Source: Nemertoderma westbladi (taxonomy: Eukaryota; Animalia; Xenacoelomorpha). From it: a DNA stretch of 37,654 bases. The stretch lies in contig JAUCBJ010008286.1 of NCBI GenBank assembly GCA_032718475.1, forward strand, positions 1 through 37,654, written 5' to 3'. Under the pieces are notes generated by a model. That model ran no database searches. It was not told the origin of the DNA and was given only the letters and a program-made list of their open reading frames with translations. The translations under genes and the position numbers were made by a program. Below are positions 31,362 through 37,654 of this stretch, in pieces. Within the stretch, counting starts at the first letter, position 1. Each line of letters begins with the position of its first letter.

Positions 31362-31649
31362 AACCCCACTCGTTAACATAATATAACTAGTACTGATACG
31401 ATTGTTTGACGTATTGGATAATGTGCAATAGGATTATCGTGCGTATGTTAATCATATATTTCATGTTTGCTGCCCAACGTGTATATACAATTCGGTTCCG
31501 CCTGATTTTATTTCTGCCTTATTTCACATTTTATTTCTATGTTGTTTACAATCATGATAAATAAATAATTTTAATATATGGCGCCACCGTGCGGCCGCAA
31601 TACGAATGAAAATGATAATGAAATGTAACCCTCACCAAACTAACCTCAA

Positions 31650-32375
31650 AGCAGAACACCTCCAGTTGAACGAGTTAGTGGTGGAGAATGGGGTGTCGAT
31701 GTGGATAAACTCCCATCCAATCACCCTACACCGCACCCATCTTACCAAGGAGGAGTTTCGCGACGCCATCTGTCTGCGTGAAGGTTGGCAACCCCAGTCT
31801 CCCTGGGCTGTTGGGACACGAGTTTCAGTTAATGAGATCCTGTCGTGTCCTACAGGCAGATTTCCATAAATCCAACACAACAAAATCCGGGACTTTGTGG
31901 CTGATACACTAACCGAGGATGCCCACAATGTCACAGTGGAGCCCCATTTACAACCGATATCTGGGGAAGTATTAAACCGATGATCCATGTCCACCAACCA
32001 ACAGACACGTCTAGATGTCTCAGTTTCTGGTTTCTGGGGTACCCGATTCCAAACACCTACAAGTCTGTTTTTAATCCCCTAGCAGAAACCAACGCCACTA
32101 TGTCTCCAGAAGGTGCGCACTCGTTCCATGAGCAGTGGAAGTGTAATAAATATGAGGAACGAGTGAGGGAGGTTGAACTCGCCACCTTTACCCCATTGAT
32201 CTTCTCAACGTTCGGCTAGATTTCACTAACTACCCCACAGTTCTTTTAAACAACTTAGTATAAACTGTCTGAGAAACGTGATATCAGCTACACTGAGTGC
32301 TGCAACTGGGTGTGACATCAGGTAAGCTTTGTGCTACTGCAGGCTGATTGCCTGATGTGTCTCCGGGGGTCGCAA
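31650..32375 (+). pseudogene. Degenerate C-terminal (Zn finger + restriction-like endonuclease) region of a CRE-type non-LTR retrotransposon
   Basis: LTKEEFRDAICLR, QHNKIRD, VEPHLQPISGE, GFWG, VFNPLA, HEQWKCNKYEERVREVELATFTPLIFSTFG, CLRGS. Multiple stops and frameshifts. Confidence 0.8.
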
Positions 32376-32584
32376 TCCGCCCATCACCTACCCATGCATA
32401 CTTTCCAACGCGGACCTGGGTGGTAGTCCATGACTGCATGAAGTTCACCGACATTGAAATGTCCTTGTCAACAGACTGAAATACTGAAATACCTATTTCG
32501 GTTTGAATTTCCCGCCATTTGGGATTTACCGATTTTATATGTTAATATTTTCAAGGTAATAAATAATTGTCATTAAAAGCGTTA

Positions 32585-32900
32585 ATGATACTTTACAAAG
32601 AACTAGGAATTCTACCAACTTAAAATTTGTAAAATTTGTTTAACTTAAAATTACAGCAAGTAGCTACACTGATGTTTGATATATCCAACAATCTCGACAA
32701 ATCAAGTCTGTCAAAGTTATTTCCAAAGGTCTCAGACATTCACTCTCATAATAAGAGAGCGACAACATCAAAAATTACCATTTTAACAATGTCTGCCTTG
32801 TTGTCGCGCATCGCCTTTTCACATTTCAGGGCGCCAAAATTTGGAATGACCTGCCCGAAAATATTCGGGCCTCCAAATCGAAATAGGAATCCACTAATTC
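32585..32900 (+). pseudogene. Degenerate 3' end of a CR1/L2-group LINE ORF2
   Basis: LYKELGIL...LMFDISNN...IHSHNKR and, in another frame, FQGAKIWNDLPENIR, the typical C-terminal WNxLP motif. Confidence 0.65.
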
Positions 32901-32999
32901 TTTTATGAAACTCGTAGAAGACCATTGGGGCTACGTTCCTATCGAATGGGGGTACAAAAAATATGTCGGCAATAGGGGCCAAAAAGGGCCAGAATTTGT

Positions 33000-34100
33000 A
33001 AAGTAGTTTTTATCGAATAATTTTTTATTTTTAACTTTAGTTGGTTAAGGTACATTCTATACAGTCAATATCCATACGGGGAATTCAAATATGCTATCGG
33101 TTTTGCTCCAAGGATGATATTAAAAAAATGAGGGCCAAAATTATAATTTCGCGCTTCAAACTTGCTTCGCGGGAAATCGTCTAGCTCGAAAACTACTTAA
33201 CTTACGGGAGATTTGTTTACACAGACTTATAGTGCGTTAAATTATCTATCTAACAGCGTTAATCACAGCGCCGGAGGTATTATAAAACTGGAGCGGCAGG
33301 CGATCGTGTGAAATATAATATTTATAAAAAGGGACGAAAAATTTTTTTTTTTAACAAATCGCTATTCCATTATAATTTAGCGTATTGCGCCAAAAGTACC
33401 TGTAAAAAGTATCAAATTAACTCCGCTATCTTTTATCTTAACATATATAATTAAAATTACGAATTTTAAGGGTCGAAAAATATCGCGTTATTTTGGCCCT
33501 TTTTTTTAATTTTTTTGGGGCCAAAAATAACCCCTTCTCAAAAGATTAAGAAAAAAATTACGGCAAAGAATATACCAATTTTATTGAATTTGGACCACCA
33601 GAACCGAAGTTAGAGCGATTTTAGTGAAAAAATAAAAATAATTTTTTTTGCAAAAAAATTAAGAATGGTCAGGTCAATATTGGATTTCGAACCCGCGAAC
33701 TTAGGTTTCATTAACGTGATTGATAACCACTAGACTATGTGACCAAGAGAATTTGAAATTTTCGAGTGACTATTTTTAAACATAAATAACTTCGGTTCTA
33801 CAGGGCCGTTTGATCTGAAACTTTTTTCATTGGATAGAGGATAGATTGTAGTGTGTGAAATAGGATACAACTTGGGAAAAGACGCATGTGCACTTAGTGC
33901 AAAATGCACTTAAATAGTGAACATTTTTTCGATATTTCAAACACTGTTATTTCCAGTTCTATTCATCGTAGAATATTATTTTTTGGATTAAAATGTAGTT
34001 TGGAATGATTTCTAACTATAATCGTAACATTTGTTTAACTTTTTATGTCTATAAAGTGACTTAAAAATGTCCATGAATATGGTCCAAAATCGCAAATCCA
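33000..34100. mobile_element. Probable non-autonomous DNA-transposon interior (ends not defined)
   Basis: Non-coding and A/T-tract rich, with dispersed inverted motifs such as AGAACCGAAGTTA (~33600) / TAACTTCGGTTCT (~33787). No TIR or TSD identified. Confidence 0.3.
33672..33744 (-). pseudogene. tRNA-like pseudogene or SINE head
   Basis: 73 nt, GGTCA...TGACC ends, A-box TAGTCTAGTGG and B-box GGTTCGAAATCC. The anticodon and T stems pair poorly. Confidence 0.55.
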
Positions 34101-35228
34101 GATTTATTAAATTGGATTTTTGACACTTTTAGCGACTGACACTTGATCATACACCATCGTAGATCGGTAGAGGATAAACATAAGTTTGTTAAATAAGAGC
34201 CACCATTACGATCTGCTAAAGTGCATTTGTACAAATAAGTGTGCAAAAGTGCAAATTTTTTAATAAGGTCAAATTATATAGTATTGGGTTCTTTTCTTTG
34301 CAGATACTTTATTTTCATATTAATATGTTGTTTGAACCTTACTGAGCGCATTAGGGGATATGCGTACAAATAACCGGCCCTTATGAGGCTTCGATTGGGT
34401 AAATTAATAAAACATAAGGTTGTATAGTATAATATTCTAAAAACCAGTGTGATATTAAATGCACTTTAAATAATAAATAGAAATCAAATAACAAATGGAC
34501 CACACAATTAAAAACTCGCACAATTTTGTACTTATTATATCGCTTCAAATTAATTCAACAGTGGATATTTGTGGGAAGGGGGAAGTTACAGTGTGCATTC
34601 GGGGGAAGTTTGGTGAACTGCATTTATGCAGTGAATCCAAACTTCCCCCTTTGATATATCATATACTTAAGACATGCTAGGGTGACGGGGAAATATTTGT
34701 TACTGTCACACTTTGCTTCCATTTATCCTATCCTTTATTATTACCCCAGTCAGATAAGAGATAATAAATCAGTAAAAACTAAACTAAACTGTCTTTCATG
34801 CAAACAAATTTCTAACTAAAGACGGGTGAATGACCATGACCATGGAAATAATTTTAAATATAATTGTATATCAACTATTTGGGGAGGCTTCCAAGTTAAA
34901 CCCGAAAACAATTATTTTGTTACATATATATAGTAAATAACGTTGTATGTTCTTCTTCCTCTCATAATAAAATATAAATGAAATATCTCAGATCGCTATG
35001 CCCTGTAACATTTCACAACCAAAATATTTAAGTGTGAAAAGTGTAGGCCTACCACACACCGCCCAAACAACCGCAAACGCATAGCCAACAAATTTAACAA
35101 AAGGTTACATACATGTTGGGTTCATGACGAGATGAGTGAAAATTGATCGCGTAATATAAAGTAAAAAATTAAGAGACGGGCTGGCTCTCCTCCACTTTCT
35201 TACCCAATGGATATGTTGTTGTAATAAT

Positions 35229-36015
35229 CTAATATTGGGGCGGCTTTCTCTCGGTCCTGATGTCTGTTCTTAGAATAGGTGTATGTTTGTCTACTATCTT
35301 TTGTATTGATCCTAATATAGGTTCAGTGTTACTAACATAAAATATGGTATATTTACTTTTATTTCGTTTTTTATCATTTTGTAGAGATTCTAACTGTGTC
35401 TGAATAGCTGCCGCTGCAAATTGTGTAGTAACATCGGCCAGTCTCCAACCCCTAGCAATGAATGCTGCTCCATATTCATAAAGTGCTTGCATTAAATCCT
35501 CCATTCGTGAATTGTTACGCCTCAATCGTAGGGCAACCCCATATGGAACGTGTTTAAGTTGACTGTGCGGATGGGCTGAGTGCGGACATATATATTGATG
35601 GACGTCTGTTGGTTTGTGGTATATTTTTGTTTGAAGTATTCCATTGTCATCAAAAAATATAGTTAAATCTAAGTAATTAATTTTCCTTCCATATTCTTAT
35701 AATTTAAACTTTATTTTCCCAGGTTTAACGGTATTGTTGAGGTGGTCAATCAGAATACCGATATCTTCATCTTCTTGTTCAAGTGTAATAGCTATTCCAT
35801 CATCTCTAAATCGTTTCCATTCTTCTGGAGGCTTTGGTGAAGTTCGGACTGCTGTATCAATATATTCAGCACCAAAAATGTCTGTGTAAGAGCAAGAGTA
35901 TGATGGGCCCATTGCCGACCCATCCACTTGTGTGTAATGTTTTCCATTAAAACTACAATTATTACAATTTAAACATAATTCTAGAGCTTCAGTCAAACAT
36001 TCTACTGGCACTGGG
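35229..36015 (-). pseudogene. Penelope-like element reverse transcriptase fragment (palm + thumb)
   Basis: YTQVDGSAMGPSYS and WKRFRDDG, then after one stop INYLDLTI, IYHKPTD, SAHP and VPYGVALRLRR...FIARGW. No GIY-YIG domain seen, and both ends are truncated. Confidence 0.88.
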
Positions 36016-37177
36016 GGAGAGTCTAATTAATTAATTAAAGTAATTTCTTATAATTTTTATTTAACGTGGTTGATCTTGGTTTCCTTACAATTATATTTAT
36101 ATATTTATATATATACAATATATATATACAATATATATTTTGAATAAATTTTGGGATCCAAAACTCCGTTTTCTTCGTTTTTATTAATTTTTCTCAACTT
36201 GCCTTCTGTGCAATTTCTGTTACGCTTTGATTCTTTGGGTTTGCCACTTTTGTACAGTAAATTGTTTTATGTATCTTTAGGGGTCAGTAGAAATATTCTC
36301 ACTCATTTTATGTGTTAAATTGCAAGTGGACGCGGCGCTGTCCACCTCTACATTAGAGTATTCGCGTGATATCCAGGAACTAGTGGCACTTGCCACTTAC
36401 TATCTGGAGCTCACACGAATTCAGATCCACAACCTATAAATAAAATAACGTATGGTACATAGTAATATAATGTACTTTGACTTATCTTGTGTTTATTATT
36501 TGTGTTGGTATTGGTTGGGTCTGTCGTTCCTTATTCTGTTGAAATGAAATAAAATTCATCTTCAAGTTGTAGTGTAAACCTTGAAGGATAAACACCATTT
36601 TTAAAATTAAAGTAATAAATTCTTAGGTAATTCGCATGCAACAAATTTAAATATTGTCAGTTATTGAAAACACTCCCAACTCTTACACAACTCACAACCT
36701 ACCAATGTTCCCTCTAAGAAAATCAACCATGGGATCTTTTATTACAATAACATCTGTGCCGCTTTTCATAACAAGAAAGGAGCGCTGCAGAGCGCTTTCA
36801 GAGCGCTAATAATTCCATGCACGCAATAAACATGTTCATAGCAACCAACCTAATCCATCACATGCGTACAGAGTAATATATATAACCCCCAGGTTAGATA
36901 CACTCGAGGAGACAATGCAGGAAAATATATAGAAATATCTTCCATATGGAAGATTGTAATCTCCGATCGATATTACATAATGTTGAAGTTGTCTTAAACA
37001 CATCGTATCCCTTACATATGCTTTATGTGTATAATTAATCCCATACGAAGTTAATTTACTGTAGTGTGTTGTAAACATTAATTTTGTGACATTTCCACAT
37101 AATTAAAGTAGTCAAAGTCTGTAAATACGGCCTACAATTTTTCACAAAGCTAGTAGGATTATTACAGGTTAACCATC

Positions 37178-37411
37178 ATGTCGGGATTTGTCTGGGTCTG
37201 GGTACTAAGCATTCTTGTTGGGTCGCTTGAAGTTATGGCGGCACCAACTACTACGGAAGATCAAACTACTAAAGCCCCAGTGGCTTCGACTACTGCCCCA
37301 GTGGCATCGACTACTGCCGCCCCAGTCGCATCGACTACTGCCGCCCCAGTCGCATCGACTACTGCCGCCCCAGTGGCATCGACTACGGCACCAGTAGCAT
37401 CGACAACTCAG
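37178..37411 (+). CDS. First coding exon of a secreted or membrane mucin-like (Thr/Ser/Ala/Pro-rich) host protein
   Basis: ATCATG start and a hydrophobic signal peptide (MSGFVWVWVLSILVGSLEVMA), then six APVASTT(A) repeats. Phase-0 donor CAG|GTACGT at 37411/37412 and a possible acceptor TTACAG at 37162-37167. Confidence 0.72.
37274..37408 (+). repeat. 21/24-bp coding tandem repeat (APVASTT/A) x6
   Basis: GCCCCAGT(G/C)GC(A/T)TCGACTACT units with synonymous third-position variation. Confidence 0.9.
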
Positions 37412-37654
37412 GTACGTTGATATGTTTAAAATAGAGGATAGCATTTGCAATACAATTATTACAACCATATAAATTAAGACATTAATTACATTATAAACAC
37501 ATCATGTAAATGTAAATGTCGTTGCCTGATACACTCAGCTTGTGTAATCACAGAATCAACCGGTTTTATATAGCTGCTGTCGGCATGCTGGATTGCGGAT
37601 ATATGTATATATATTATTAAAGCAAAATATAGTGCTCTGAGTTGTCCTCGTGTC

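Noticed and set aside
31110-31376. ORF ending in poly-proline
   Set aside because: The proline run comes from a poly-C homopolymer, and there is no other coding evidence.
33672-33744. Functional tRNA gene
   Set aside because: The A/B boxes and partial acceptor stem are present, but the anticodon and T stems do not pair properly. Kept only as a pseudogene or SINE head.

Overview
Eukaryotic (probably invertebrate animal) repeat-rich DNA, mostly a nest of transposable elements on the minus strand, with no prokaryotic features. From left to right: a 126-bp satellite (1-845), then an almost intact APE+RT LINE (about 1310-17577). Its ORF1 is split by BEL/Pao LTR element 1 (4618-17006; 1.24-kb near-identical LTRs, AGTGT target-site duplication, long gag kept, RT and integrase deleted). 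Next is a degenerate, 5'-truncated BEL/Pao element 2 (about 17578-30900), interrupted by a piggyBac-type non-autonomous element (21781-23144, TTAA) and an unidentified 1.16-kb insert. Relics of CRE-type, CR1/L2-type and Penelope-like retroelements and two tRNA-derived heads follow, then the first coding exon of a secreted mucin-like host gene (37178-37411). The main result: once the piggyBac is removed and a few 1-bp frameshifts are repaired, element 2 carries, where an env gene would sit, a roughly 1,240-codon cargo ORF. It encodes a WRN/EXD2/Mut-7-like DEDDy 3'-5' exonuclease, three CCHC zinc knuckles and a conserved unknown domain. The divergent element 1 carries a homologous zinc-knuckle + 'WExxADxH' ORF at the same position. 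All protein assignments come from by-eye motif recognition, not database searches.
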